64,000 nt of DNA from the human T2T-CHM13v2.0 reference genome, Homo sapiens, in assembly GCF_009914755.1 (NCBI RefSeq), contig NC_060944.1, one strand, 5' to 3'. Under the pieces are notes generated by a model. That model saw only the letters and a list, made by a program, of their open reading frames with translations. It ran no database searches and was not told the DNA's origin. Position 1 is the first letter of the stretch, and every line of letters begins with the position of its first letter. The position numbers were made by a program, and so were the translations under genes. Shown piece after piece: positions 1 through 14,272 of the stretch.

Positions 1-954
1 ATGTTGATACAGAATTTTCTGTTTCAGTAATGTCCTTGTAAGGTTTTGGTGTTCGAGCTGTGTTGGCCTTATAAAAAAATTCGGGCAATGTTCCCTCCTT
101 GTTTATTTTCTGAAAAAGTTTGTGCAAGATTGGTATTTTTTCTTTCTTGGACGTTTGACAGAATTAACCAGTGAAACAATCTGGGCATGGAGTTTATATT
201 GTTGAAAGGCTTTTGATAACAAATTCATTTTTTTAACTAGATATAAGGCTACTCAAATTTTCTGCTTCTTCTATAAATTTTTGTAAGTTGTAATTTTTAA
301 GAAATTTGTCCATTTCATTTACATTTGTCAAATTTGTTGGCATTAAGTTTTTCACATATTATTTTGTTATCTATTTGATGTCTAGGATCTGTAGTAATAA
401 CCCCTCATTTATTTCTGATATTGGTGAATTGTGTTCAGTCTCTCTGACCCTCTCTCTGTTTGCTGCCAGTCTCTCTGTCTCTGACTCTCTCTCTTTCTCT
501 CTCTCTCCCAGTGTAGATAGGGGTTTGTCAATTTTATTGATCTTTTTCAATTAACCAGCTTTTGAGTTTGTTAATTTTCTCTATTATCTGTCAGTTTTCT
601 CCTCTATTGATTTCTGCTCTTAATTATTTTCTTCCTTCTTCTTGCTTTGGATTTACTTTACCCTTCTTTTTTCTAGTTCCTTAAGGTAGAGCCTTAAGTC
701 GTTGATTTATATAAGCATTTCAGCATAAGTTTTCCATTATGTTTGAGCTGCATCCCATAAACTCATATGTTAACTTTTAATTATCACTTAATTCAAAATA
801 TTTTCTAATCTCCCTGTGATTTTTTATTCAACCTTGGATTATTTAGAACTGGATTCTCTAATATTCAAATATTTAAGGTTTTCCTAAATATTATATTTTT
901 AATTGATTTCTAGTGTAATGCTGTTGTGATCAGAGAACAGTGTTTTAAGATTTA

Positions 955-1254
<300 letters not shown>

Positions 1255-1776
1255 TTATTGAGACTTGTTTTATGTCCAAGCATATGGACTAACTTTGTGA
1301 ACATATAAGGAATATGTATTACGTATTATGTGCTTGTTGAGTTTAATGTTAGTTCAATATGGTTGACGGTGATGTTCGACGCTCATAAGTCTTTACTGAT
1401 ATTTTTATCTCATTCTATTAATTGCTGAGAGAAGGGTATTAAAATCTGTTACTATTATTGTGGAAGTCTCTGTTTTTCCTTTTAATTCTTTTGATTTTTG
1501 CTTTATCTTTTTGGGGGCTCTGTTATTAAGCCCATGAGCATTTATAGTTGTTATATCTGCCTTGTGAATTGTGCCTTTTATCATTATGAAATGTTCCTCT
1601 TTATCTCTGATATTTAATAATATCCCTTATCTTAAGGTCCAGATTATCTGATACTAATATGACCATTCCATTCTTCTTATGCTTACTGTTTACATGATAT
1701 ATTTCCCATCCATTTACTTTCTACTTATCTGTGTCTTTGTGTCTAAAGTGTGTCTCTTGTAGGCATCATAAAGATT

Positions 1777-2344
1777 ATATTAATGTTTTTAGTGCTGCAT
1801 GACAAACTGCCACAAATTTAGCAGCTTAAAATAACATCCATTTACTAGTTTATAGCTCTAGTCAGAAATGCAGGCAAGGTGTGGCTGGCTTCTCTGCTTA
1901 GGGACTCTTAAGGCTAAAATCAAGGTGCCAATCAGGCTGCATTCTATCTGGAGCTTGAAGTCCTCTTCCAGACTTGTGTGATAGTAATAGAAGTTAATTC
2001 CTTGCAGCTGAGGACAGAGGTCCCCACTTCCTTGCTGGCCCAGCCAGGGGCTACTCTCAGCTCCTAGAAGCCATTCATATTTCTTGCCTCATGGCCCCTT
2101 CCATCTTAAATCCAGCAACAGAGAATCTTACTCATGTCAAATTCCCTTCATATTTCAAATCCTTCTTCAGAAAAAGCCTGGTCCCTTTTAAGGTTTACCT
2201 GATCAGGTCAGACCCACTGAGCATGATCTCCCTGTCTTAAAGTCACATGTGCCATATAACATCACCTTACACATTCACAGTTCATGCTTGTACTTAAGGA
2301 AGAGGTGGAATCTTGGGAACCACCTTAGACTTCTGCCTACCACA
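1777..2344 (-). mobile_element. MaLR LTR (MLT1E-like)
   Basis: Reverse complement of the right end reads TGTGGTAGGCAGAAGTCTAAGGTGG, the MLT1E-type LTR start; typical internal motifs. Confidence 0.7.
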
Positions 2345-2409
2345 TGCTTTTTATCCTTTCTATCTCTGCATTTTATTTAAAGTACTTAGACCATTAATAT
2401 TTAATGTAA

Positions 2410-3139
<730 letters not shown>

Positions 3140-3924
3140 TAAAAAGAATAGTCTTTTATAGATACCCAGATATTTACTAATTTTCTTGTTCTATCTTCCT
3201 TTTTGAAAATCCAAGTCTTCCTTCAGCCTAAATGAGCTTCAGAGCATTTATTGTATTGTAGGTCTGCTAAAAAGTAATTCTTTAGTTTTGCTCCATCTGA
3301 AAATATATGTTGCTTTCATTCTTAACGCTTATTTTCACTGAATATAGAATTCTGGGCTTATAGGTTATTTTTTCCCAGCACTTTGAAGATGCTTTTCCAC
3401 CATCTTCCAACATCCATGCATTTTTGTTTAAAAATCTACAATCATTTAAAACATTCCTCTATATGTCATTTTCCATTGGCTGCTTTCAAGGTTTGCTCTT
3501 TATCCTTGGTTTTTAGCAATTTGATGCTGTGGGTATTCTGTGTTTATTATGTCTCTAAGCATGGTTTGTTTTTTTTTTTTTTTAATTTGTCTTGTTTGGC
3601 GTTCACTGAACTTCTCGAATCCATAAATTTATGATTTTCACTAAATTTTAACAAGTTATTGGCCATTCTTTCTTACCCCATTCTTCTCTCTTCTCTTCCT
3701 GGGATTCCAATTACATATCTGTTAAGAGTTTTTTATATTGTTCCCTGGGGCTCTAAGGCTCTGTTTTTTCAGTCTCTTTTTTCTCTTTCTCACTATTCTT
3801 CAAATTGGACAGTTTCTATTCATATAACTTCAAGTTCACTGACTCTTTCCTCTATCATCTCTATTTTTCTATTAGGGCATAAGATGACTGCAGCTCACCC
3901 TTTTTTCAAAAACCTCTAAATTGA

Positions 3925-4245
3925 GGCCAGACACAGTGGCTCACGCCTATAAACCTAGCACTTTGGGAGGCCAAGGTAGGTGGATGGCTTGAGCTCAGGA
4001 ATTCAAGACCAGCCTGGGCAACATGGTGAAGGCCATCTCTACAAAAAAATACCAAAAAATTAGCCGGGTATGGTGGCAAGCACCTGTAGTTCCAGCTACA
4101 TGGGGGGGCTGAGGCAGAAGGATCCCTTGAACCCGGGAGGTCAAGGCTGCAGTAAGCTGAGATCTTGCCACTGCCCTCCAGCCTGGGTGACAAAGTGAGA
4201 CCCTGTCTCAAAAAAAAAAAAAACAAAAACAAACAAACAAAAAGA
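3925..4245 (+). mobile_element. Alu (AluJ-type)
   Basis: Dimeric Alu with J-type motifs (GAGGTCAAGGCTGCAGT); TSD CTCTAAATTGA at 3914-3924 and 4246-4256. Confidence 0.9.
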
Positions 4246-5619
4246 CTCTAAATTGAATACCTGTATGTGGAAATGGAGAGAAAAGGTAATTGAAAAAGCA
4301 AACTTAAAAAAAAAAAAAAAACACCTCTAAAATAAGGGAAATTATCCCCATCCTGGTCATTTCTCCAAGTTTTTACTGTAATACACAAGCTACCCAAACT
4401 TTTAAATACTAATAAGAATCCTCTTATATCAGAGTTTATAGTTATTATCAGTGGGATTCATCTCAGGAGGTTATACCACCAAGGCAGAAGCAGAACTCTC
4501 TTGAAATTGATGTTTTGTCCCCACATCAAAGCCTCTCCACATCCTGCCTGATAGTGGCGCCTCCTGGGCTCTTAGCAGGTGGTCCAGCCTCCAGCCAGGT
4601 TAGGATGCAGTGACACTGGCTCTCAAGGCAGACTTTCCCATCTTGTTGGCATTCATCTTTCCAATTAGATCATGCGCTCCATGCTTATGTTTTTCACCAA
4701 GATGTTCTGGAGACCTTGCACAGTGCCTGGGACAAGAAGTGTTTGTCTGAATGCATGAATGAATGAAGTTTATCAGACTACTGACTCCCACCCTTCTCCC
4801 TAGCTAACCAAGGAGTTTTGCTCTCCTTAATCAGAATTATCAATATAAGTAGTCTTGAAATATGTACTCAGAACATCAGTGTGGCCAGCCATTACCTCTT
4901 CCTATTTGTACCCAATATGTAGTATTCCACTGGCGTTACAGAAGCACATAGGTTGTATTTGCAAGGTCTGTAACTTGTAACACATGTTCTTATTAACAAT
5001 GTTGGATTTGCTTATTCAGTTTTCACTCCAGTCTACAAACTCCTATGAAACCCCAAATGTAGCCAAAATTGTGAATGCCTACACCAAAAGTGTATAAGTA
5101 AACATTACTGCAATACTGGTAACCTTTAAAACCCAGAAAAACAAGAACTAGTATATTTAATGTACTACTTAACAAAAAGTAGGCTTAATTAGAGAAAGAA
5201 AATTGGGTAGGTAGAAGAACTTCTGTGAGGATGCTGAAGGAGACTTCTAAACATTTTCAAGGGCTCAAGAGGTTGATAGCACTGTTTTTATTTATAATTT
5301 AAATTCAAATCAGATATCTTTCTATATATTTATCTGGGTAGGAAATCTATTTTTTATAGAGATTGGGAAAGAGAATGAGAAAGCAAAAAAGGAGTGTAGG
5401 GAGACAGAAAGATTCAGAATCAGAGAGAGACTCAGAGAAATATATTTTCCTGTGGCCACTGGGTAAGAGTTATAAGACAGAAAAAAAAAGAAAAAGACTT
5501 GAAAGAAAGAAGCATCCTGGGATGGGATTAGACAACTAGGTGAATAAAGACAGGACAAGGGCACAGAGTGTATCTCCCTGAGGGAGGACCAAGGACATCA
5601 TAGAGATGATGGATCTGAG

Positions 5620-5820
5620 TGCTGCTGTCCAATAGAACCTTCTTCAAGATGGAAATAGGCTGTATCTGCACTGCCCAATATGGCAGCCAGTAGCCACCTA
5701 TAGCTAACTGAGCACTTAAAATGGGCTATTGCAACTGAGGAACCGAATTTTTCATTGTATTTAATTTAAATTAATTTAGATGTAAATATTTATAGCCTTG
5801 TATGACTAGTGGCTACCACA
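5620..5820 (+). mobile_element. MER3 (hAT-Charlie DNA transposon)
   Basis: GCTGTCCAATAGAAC...GAGCACTTAAAATG...GAGGAACCGAATTTT...CTAGTGGCTACCA matches the MER3 consensus. Confidence 0.75.
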
Positions 5821-6897
5821 GAATCAGAAAGCTCCCTGAACCATTCATGGGTGTGGGGCAGGAATACTGAAGGGGCTGGCTACCTCTTGCCCAAGGACAG
5901 CTGATGTCTATACAGAATGAAACAGTTGAGGGGGGTAAAGCAGGAATGTGATGGAAGTGGGGAGATGACCATCAGTATGGTTGGGACCCATGTCTTATGT
6001 TCATTTTTTAGCATGCTTTTAATAAAGTGGCAGACTATTTTAGGGAAAGATAAAATCAATTGAGCGTGTTTCAATTGGTCCAACAACTAAAGACAAAAAC
6101 AACTAACTTGCACTGCTTCAGTGACTTTCAACATCAGTGTGGAAGACGATGTCCAGATGAGCATGAGAAAGCATTGAAATTTGAGCACAGAATGGAGAGG
6201 GCATACAAATAATTTCTAAGGAGCATGCAAAGGGGTTGGTGGCCCCTCTGCTTATGGCACCCTCACACAGTGCCTGGCATATGGTAGGTATGCCATCAGT
6301 ATTTCTTGAATGACTCTGTGTCGTATGAGAGCAGGAAGCAACAAGGCAGGAACCCAGACCTAGTAGATACAGAGACTGATGAAGCATCCATCTTCTCTGG
6401 AGCATCATATAGGACAAGCTTACTGAGTTTTAAAAGCTAGCAATGGGCAGTCTGAAAACTGAAGACTGGATGAGATCAACCCAAGAAGGAACCTGCAGAG
6501 ACCCGAGTGTCAGACACAGGAAGGGGAAGAGGATGGAGGCTGCGCTAGAGCTGTTCAAAATGTAGGAGCATGAGGGGAAGGCAGGGTCTGTACAAATGTA
6601 AACCCTCTTCCGCCGAAAACCACTCACACTTTTGTGGGAGATATTTCATCACCTGGCATCCTTCTCTCCACTGGATGAGTGAATTGAGTGAATAAGAGTG
6701 ACATTTGGGGATCTTAATGGGTTCTTCATGCCCAAGGCAATCTATCTCTCATACGCACACAAACAACATGATAGCAAACTTTTAGTATGTGTATTTTTGT
6801 GCCCCGAATAATAAAATGCCCTGGAGACTAGTCACACTTTTGGGAAGGTAAAATGAAGAGTGATAACTGAATATTGCTGTAATTGTTCACTTCGTAG

Positions 6898-7225
6898 ATG
6901 TTCTTCAGCTTCTGTGAGAAGAATGTGGATTATGAAACGTTTAAAGCCCTCAATGATGCATGTCTTGTGTATGACAGTCGACTTGTGATTGATACCAACT
7001 TCCACACCAACGACATAGCCATCAGAGCTGCTGGCTCCCTCACCAAATTCTCCAATAGATACTACTCAAATGAGTGGACTCACAGCAACTTCAGTTCCAA
7101 AGAAATTGGCTTTCAGCTGGCAGCAGCTATGCTACATCTCTTTGATCCAACCCTTGAGCCTGTGACCGAGCCACCAGCTAATCTTGACCGGCTCATCCCC
7201 ATGTACAAGGGAGCCAAGATTCAAG
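6898..7225 (+). CDS. CFAP61: CFAP61 internal coding exon (328 nt, phase 0 to 1): MFFSFCEKNVDYETFKALNDACLVYDSRLVIDTNFHTND...RLIPMYKGAKIQ
   Basis: Acceptor TTCACTTCGTAG ends at 6897, donor AAG|GTATAC at 7226. Open, non-repetitive frame recognised as the C-terminal region of CFAP61/C20orf26; splices in frame to the next exon. Confidence 0.93.
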
Positions 7226-8588
7226 GTATACGAGTAGGCTTCCTTCTCCTTGATGAAGCCACAGATTAGGTATGGGTCAGCAGTCAGGCCAGTCCTCCAG
7301 GTTTCTCTTAGGCTTGGGGAAAAGGCTCCTCCGTACCTCAATGGGTTGCCACAGAGACAGAGAAAGGGTCTATAATTTCTGAAGCATTTATTACAAACCT
7401 GGAATTATTGTTATTACGGTTCTTTGCATTTGAGCATTTACTATGGACCACATCCTAAATGGGGTTCCCACTTTACAGATAAGAAAACAGACAAGGGAAT
7501 GATTATTAACTTGTCTGGATGTCTCACAGCTGGAAAATGATGGTTTGCCCTGACATCTTACCCAAAACTTCCATTCTCTCTGTAAGTTCAGAGATAAGGA
7601 GACCCTTCCAGGCAGCCAGGCCTCAGCCTGCTCTGGGGATGGATAAGCTTAACCATTCGCAGCTGTAAAGCAGTGCACTTTTATCCCATAAACCCTTCTG
7701 ACCCCTAAGGAGGAGATGATTTCATGAGTAATGCAGGGTTCCTTCACGTTTAGGGTATGAGAAATACCTTTGAAAATGGTGTTTCTGAATGTTGTGGACC
7801 TTTTACCAGAAAAATGCACATATTTACAAAATTACGTGTTCCCTTCCTGGAGGTTTATAGATGAACCCACAAAGCTGTACATAGACCCCCAGGGTGTCCA
7901 TGAAGCCCAGTCCAGTCAATGGAATGTCAGATTACAGAGACGAAAGCCCCACATTCCATCCTTGTCTTCCTCTTCCTAACTAGGCAGCCCCACAAGGTCT
8001 TGCTCTACTTCTCACTCTGGGTGAGACCTGAGGAAAGGTGGTGGCCGTAGGCAGGCAAGAGAAGGGAGGGCTGTCAGAAGCCAGAGCTGGCACAGGCCCA
8101 GACCTCAGGAACAAACCAAAATATTAAGAATTCGATAATGACAGTTTCTAAAACATTGAACAAAGAACTTTGTTGATAGTCCTAATTAAATTCAATTTTT
8201 TAATATTTTGGCTACATTTTGGAGAAGTGATGAGGAATAGGAATGCTGTTTGCAACATTTAAGGCTTCTAAAGGTCTTGATCTGGTTTTGGCAGATACAG
8301 GTTAAAGGGCGGGGAGCTCCGGATAATCACAGGATACACAAGATCGGCTTGGCACATCCTGGAGCAATGGCGGCTACATTATGGGATATCATATCACATT
8401 CACATCAATTTGGTTAAATAAACGTCAACCACCCCAGGGAGTTCCTTGTTGTTAGTGGTACTTTAGTGTGAAAGTTTGAGGAGCATACGCCACTGCAGGC
8501 ATCTGTTTGTCCTGTGATGAAAATATGAGCTCTGTTACTCACCTCATTAACAATTAATTTTAAATGGAAAACTTGCCATCTCTTCTAG

Positions 8589-8680
8589 GGGGCATTCTTC
8601 CTGGGTCTTACCATTATCTGCATATTGCCAAGCCTGCCATTCCAACTCCCTTGGAGGTACAAATGGCACAGCCTAATTAT
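8589..8680 (+). CDS. CFAP61: CFAP61 coding exon (92 nt, phase 1 to 0): (G)GILPGSYHYLHIAKPAIPTPLEVQMAQPNY
   Basis: Acceptor CATCTCTTCTAG ends at 8588, donor TAT|GTAAGT at 8681. GG completes the split Gly codon of the previous exon. Too short to appear in the ORF track. Confidence 0.92.
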
Positions 8681-8799
8681 GTAAGTATTATTTCTGAATT
8701 TCATTTTACTTTCAAATACAAAACTTTGTTTATAAGAGGATGAAATTCTTTACTTGGAGTCTTTACTGTAATGTGTTGGTTCACACATCAGAAGCCCAC

Positions 8800-9915
8800 T
8801 GGAGTAATCGTCCCCCAAGATGGCCCTTAGTGACTCTCGCACCTTGGTCTTCATGCCCTTGTGTGGCCCCTCCCACACTGAGTAGGGCTGACCTGTGTAG
8901 CCAACAGGATATTGGGGAAATGACTGTGTGACTTCCAAGGTCAGGTCAGGTCAAGAAAGATACGACAGCTTCCAGCTTGCACACTTCTAGATGACTTGCT
9001 GCCATGCTGTAGGGACGCCTTTAGAGAGGTCCATGTGGCAAGGAATTGAGGACTCCTGCACCAGTCATGATCAGTTTGCCAGGCAGACGAGTGTGCCACC
9101 TTGAAGTGGATCCTGCAGCCTCCTTCATGCCTTCAGGTGACTGCAGCCCCAGCCAACATCTTGACTGAAAACTTATGAAAGGCCTTGAGCCAGAACTCCC
9201 TAGCTAAGCCATTTTCAGCTTCTGACTCCCAGAGACCGTGAGATAATAAAAATTTATTATTGTTTTATGCCATTACTTTTTTCAATAGACTTTATTTTTT
9301 AGAGCTGTTTTGGTTTCATAACAAAATTGAGCAGAGGTACAAAGATTTCCCATGTAACCCCAACCCTTCAAAAGACATATAGCCTCCCCCACTATCAACA
9401 TCCCCCACCAGTGATATATTTCTTACAATTAATAAACCTACACTGACACATTATTATCAACTAAAGCCCATAGTTGACATTAGCGTTCATTCTTGGTTGT
9501 GTACATTCTGTGGGTTTGGACAAATGTATAATGACACATATCCACCATTACAGGATTATACAGAGCAGCTTCACTGCCCTAAGAACCCTCTGTGCACTGC
9601 CTGTTTGTCCCTCCCTCTGTCCTAAGGCCTAGCAACTACTGATCTTCGTACTGTCTCAGTCACTTTGCCTTTTCCAGAATGTGATATAGTTGCAGTCATA
9701 CAGCCTATCGTCTTTTCAGGTTGGCTTCTTTCACTTAGTAATATCCATTTAAGCTTCCTCTATATCTCTTCATGGCTTGATAGCTCATTTCTTTTTGGCA
9801 CTGAATGATCCTCTATTGTCTGGTTGTATCGGTTTATTTATCCATTCACCTACTGAAGGACATTAAGCCTCTACATTTTGAGGCAACCTGTGATGCATCG
9901 ATAGATAACTGAAAT
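8800..9915 (+). mobile_element. MaLR LTR (MLT1F-like) split by an antisense L1 3' fragment (~9277-9863)
   Basis: LTR motifs CCAAGATGGCC...GGGCTGACCTGTG...AGATAATAAA; the LTR tail (TAAGCC...TAGATAACTGA) resumes after an L1MA/MB-type 3' end. Confidence 0.65.
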
Positions 9916-10715
9916 ATCCACTTTCATGTCAATGGAGCAAGTAGATTGCTTAGCATCTGGAATGGCCATGGAGACCCCACTGTTTTCCTCCCCTCCAGGA
10001 AAAGCAGAAGCTGTGCAGTTGGGAATTCTGCTGTTTAAAGGACACAGGTGGTTGGTCAGTTGAAGAGCTCCTCTAATAAGATTCTCTGACCCATAGTCCC
10101 AGCCCGGTGTGTGTTGTCATCTGGGGGCTTCCTTTTGGATATGTCACGTTTGATTTTTAATCAATGAGGCAGATTGGAAGCTGTCTACTTAACTTCCATT
10201 CCCATTTTCTTCTCTTGAATATTTTTGAGGGTAAACAATATGACCAACCTAAAATAAACACATTTCCCAGATTTCCTCAAGGACAGGGTCAGCCATGTGG
10301 CAGGTTCTGGCCAATGAGATGTAAGCAGAAGCTCTTGGAAAAATCCTTAAATGGGGGCCTACTCAAATGGCACAGGCTATGGGTTCTTCACCCTTCAGGA
10401 AATCTCAATCCTATTCCATTTCCTTCCCATGGACCTTGAACAAGTTCTTCAGCATCTGCATTTCTGGGATTGCTGGGGAGCATACATAAAGTAACATTGT
10501 CAGGAACAAAACAGGTAGCCAGTAAGTGGTGAAGATGGCTGTTTTAATCATTATTCCAGATAAATAATGAAACCCAGTTCTTCCAGGAAAAGGGTAGATG
10601 CTGTATGTTTAAAACTTATTTCCCTTAGCCCTTTCCCAGATTCTTTTAGTTGCCCTGTACACATGGTCTGATGCAACATTTTCTTATAATAAAGGAAACC
10701 ATAAGATCATCATAG

Positions 10716-11316
10716 TGTTCCAGTTTCTATTGCTGTATAAAAAACACCTAGTGGCATAAAACAGCCATTTGATCCTGCTTACAGATCCTGTGAGTCAGGA
10801 ATTTGGACAGGGCACAGTGGGCACAGATTGTCTCTGCTCCACACTATTCACAGCCTTAGATGGGAAGACTAGAGGGTTAGATCAATGGTCCAGATCATCT
10901 GAAGGCTTGTTTACTAAATCCGAAAGCTTGTTACTCAGCTGGGCTGGGATGACTCAAGGACCGGAAGTGTTCACCACAGCCTCCCCACCTGGGCTGTCCT
11001 CAAGTGCCTGGGCTTCCTCACAGTATGGTGGCCTCAGAGTAGCCAGACTGCTCACGCAGTGGCTCTGGGCTCCAAGTGCAAGTGTTGTTACTAGCAAGCT
11101 GGAAGCTGCGTTGCCTTTTATGACCCACCCTCAAAAGTCCCACAGCATCACTTCTCCCACTCTCTCTGTTGGAGCAGTCACAGCAACCACCGAGATTCAA
11201 GGGGTGGGGAATAGAGAATCCATCTCTCAAGGCAGAGAGTGTCAGGGTCATATTGCGGGACGGTGTGTGGGATAGGGACACTGTCGTGGCCATCTTTAGA
11301 AAGTAAATCTGCCACC
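10716..11316 (-). mobile_element. MaLR LTR (MLT1H-like)
   Basis: Reverse complement of the right end GTGGCAGATTTACTTTCTAAAGATGGCC; internal GTCAGGAATTTGGACAGGGCACAG motif. Confidence 0.7.
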
Positions 11317-12935
11317 AGTGAGGTGGGGCATGAGGTAAATAGGATAAAGCCCAGAGTATTCACAGGCTAAGCACTTTGATCATCACAGATAAATAACTCG
11401 AGTCTAATATGCACAAGAGCTAGAACATATTGGACTTGGTTTCAGCCAGAACCAGATTCTTCAAGGACAGTGCATGATTTCCTACATGCGGCATCGTTTA
11501 TTTATGAGCCACCGACTCTCTCTAAATAAAGTCAGAGGAGGAGCCAAAAGGGGTTTTTAGATAATGAGAGTTTTAATAAGAGTGCAACTTAAATAGATTC
11601 TTTGGCTGGTGCTATGACAGTATGTGAACAGGACCCCTGACTTTAATTAACCATTTTGCCAGGTGGGCCTCCTTTTTAATTAGTACAGAAGATCTAAACA
11701 GATTTTTTTTCCATTTTATTATCCAAGAAAGAAAAATGTAGGATGGCTCCATGGCAATCTTTTGGGGTTGGAATTAATTTGATTAAGTGAAATCGTTGCC
11801 AAAATGGTCAGGCAGTCACCTAAATATAGCCAATTGATCAAGAATGGAGCCCATTGAACAATATTTCGCCAGAGAAATTGAATTACTATTCATACACTAG
11901 ATATAGCACAGACAAATCTTATCAGACTTTTATAGTGCTCACTAATTGGAATATTTAAGTCGGAAGATACTGTAGTAATTCATGAGCTCTTTGAGAGGTA
12001 ACCTGACAAAAGGAAGAAAGGGGACCCCAAGTCGTCTACATAATAAACTAATTTACAGATTCCAGTCCACATGCTTTGTTGGCGTATATACCATGGAAGA
12101 AAGAAATTTGTCACAACAAATTCTGCCTTGGATACCATCAAATTTAAAATTGTGTGTTCATCATGAGAGCTGGGAACTTGATTTCTTGAACACCAAGTCT
12201 GATGAATCCTGTGTCTTCCATTTGGCATGAATTCCAGAACCATTTTCCAACCTTTGTCAAAATCATAAAGGACCTCAAAAGGATAATTATATTCAGGGAA
12301 AAAAAGAAGAAGAAAAACCACATCAGAATCAGTGACTCCATCAAAATCTTAAATTTAATATCCAAATTTTTAAACAATTTGCTCGTATACTTAAAATAGG
12401 GGAAGACACCAGATATACCCTACCAAACCGGAAGGTTGCAAAATAATCGTCCTGACCCCAGAACCCTGCACCATGTGGGCAGGGCTGGGAGGTGCCCTAC
12501 GGCATCACTTAGTGGAGCAGCTTTCTATGAGCAATTGCAGCAAGAGTTCTGGGCTTCACTGGGTTATCCTGTTCTGTCAGCGACTGTGAATAGGAGTGGC
12601 CTGCACTACAAGGGTAATTTGTGTCTGAGAAACCCCTGTTTGAGTGAATTGTATTTAACATGAATACAACATATTTTGATGCACTCTCAGTTCCCAGATG
12701 GACCCCTCCAGTGATGCTAATGTGGTGCCAAATCTCCTTCAAATGGACACTGCTCCTTCCAAAGTTAAGATCAGCCATCAGTGCAACCTCCTCATCGCTT
12801 TCTCTAGTGTAGCTGCTTCTGGACTCTAAGCCCTCATTTCTGTAAGGCCCTGTATGCCAGGATTATGCGGACAAAACTTACGGAGGAGGCCAAAATATGA
12901 TAATGCAGTCTTTACGTTTAAAAATAATACCAAAA

Positions 12936-13267
<332 letters not shown>

Positions 13268-14272
13268 CAAAAAATGCAACAAGTCCATAACAAAAAAAAT
13301 CACTAAAAGTGATGCTGATGACAGACTCTCAAGGAACAGGATGACATTTAAGGCCACAAAACGCTCAGACTCTCACTGCTCTCAGCCTGCAGCCTGCAGG
13401 GCTCCTCAAGGACTTGACAAGTCACCACCAACTAAGTGACTGTGACCCTCGTCTTGAGGTGCACAGCCTCGGCCACGTACATGGAATCCAAGTCAGCCCT
13501 CCTAAACACAAAGAAGTCCTTGTAAGCTGAAGGTGGGGGATTTAGTGAGACTCTTGGCAAAGTCAAGATTTGTTAACCACATGGGTGGATCTCAAGGTGT
13601 GCCCCCTTGACACCTGGGCTCCCTTTCTTAATCACTTCCAACAATGAAACCTAAAAGGAGGAGGAGGCCTGGGGAAGCCTGGCAGATAAAACTGTGCCAG
13701 AGTCTGTGGTGCGTCCTCTCCCAGACAGCAGCCTTACTGCCGTGGTGCAGGAGCCACCCCTCCTCAGAACTCGCCTGCAGTTTTCCAGCTTTTTCACCAA
13801 TCATCCCTTACTGTGACGGGGACATGTACCCCTGGGTTCAGAAGCCAAACCTAAAGCTGCTGTTTCCAAACTCAAATGGTCTTTCAAGTCTTGTGTTTAA
13901 TTTAGAAATACACATGGCGGTCACATTCTTCACTGTGTATATATCTACATATATTTTAATTCTGAAATACTGCTGAATATCCTGGGCCATCAGGTAAAGT
14001 TGACACCAGGGGTTATTCTGTGAGGTCATGCGCCCCCACCCCCACCCCATGCAATGGTGTGAGTCATTGCTCAGACCACGAAGTCAGGACTTGAGGAAAC
14101 ACACGGGAATGAGCAAAGCCCATGTGGCATCCAGGCCTAGAGAGATGCCTGTGGCAGGAGCTGAGGGCAAGGGATGAGCAGAGGAGACCAGGCCCCTGCA
14201 GCCAGAGGCTCAGTCCTGGCTTTTTCCAAACTCTTCTCCAGAGGAGCCCGCCCTTGCACACCAACGCCTGCA

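Noticed and set aside
6898-7269. Stand-alone 123-aa gene
   Set aside because: The ATG is the first codon of an internal CFAP61 exon; residues after the 7226 donor are intronic.
10769-11275. 168-aa ORF
   Set aside because: Lies wholly within an MLT1H-like LTR, has a non-ATG start and resembles no known protein.
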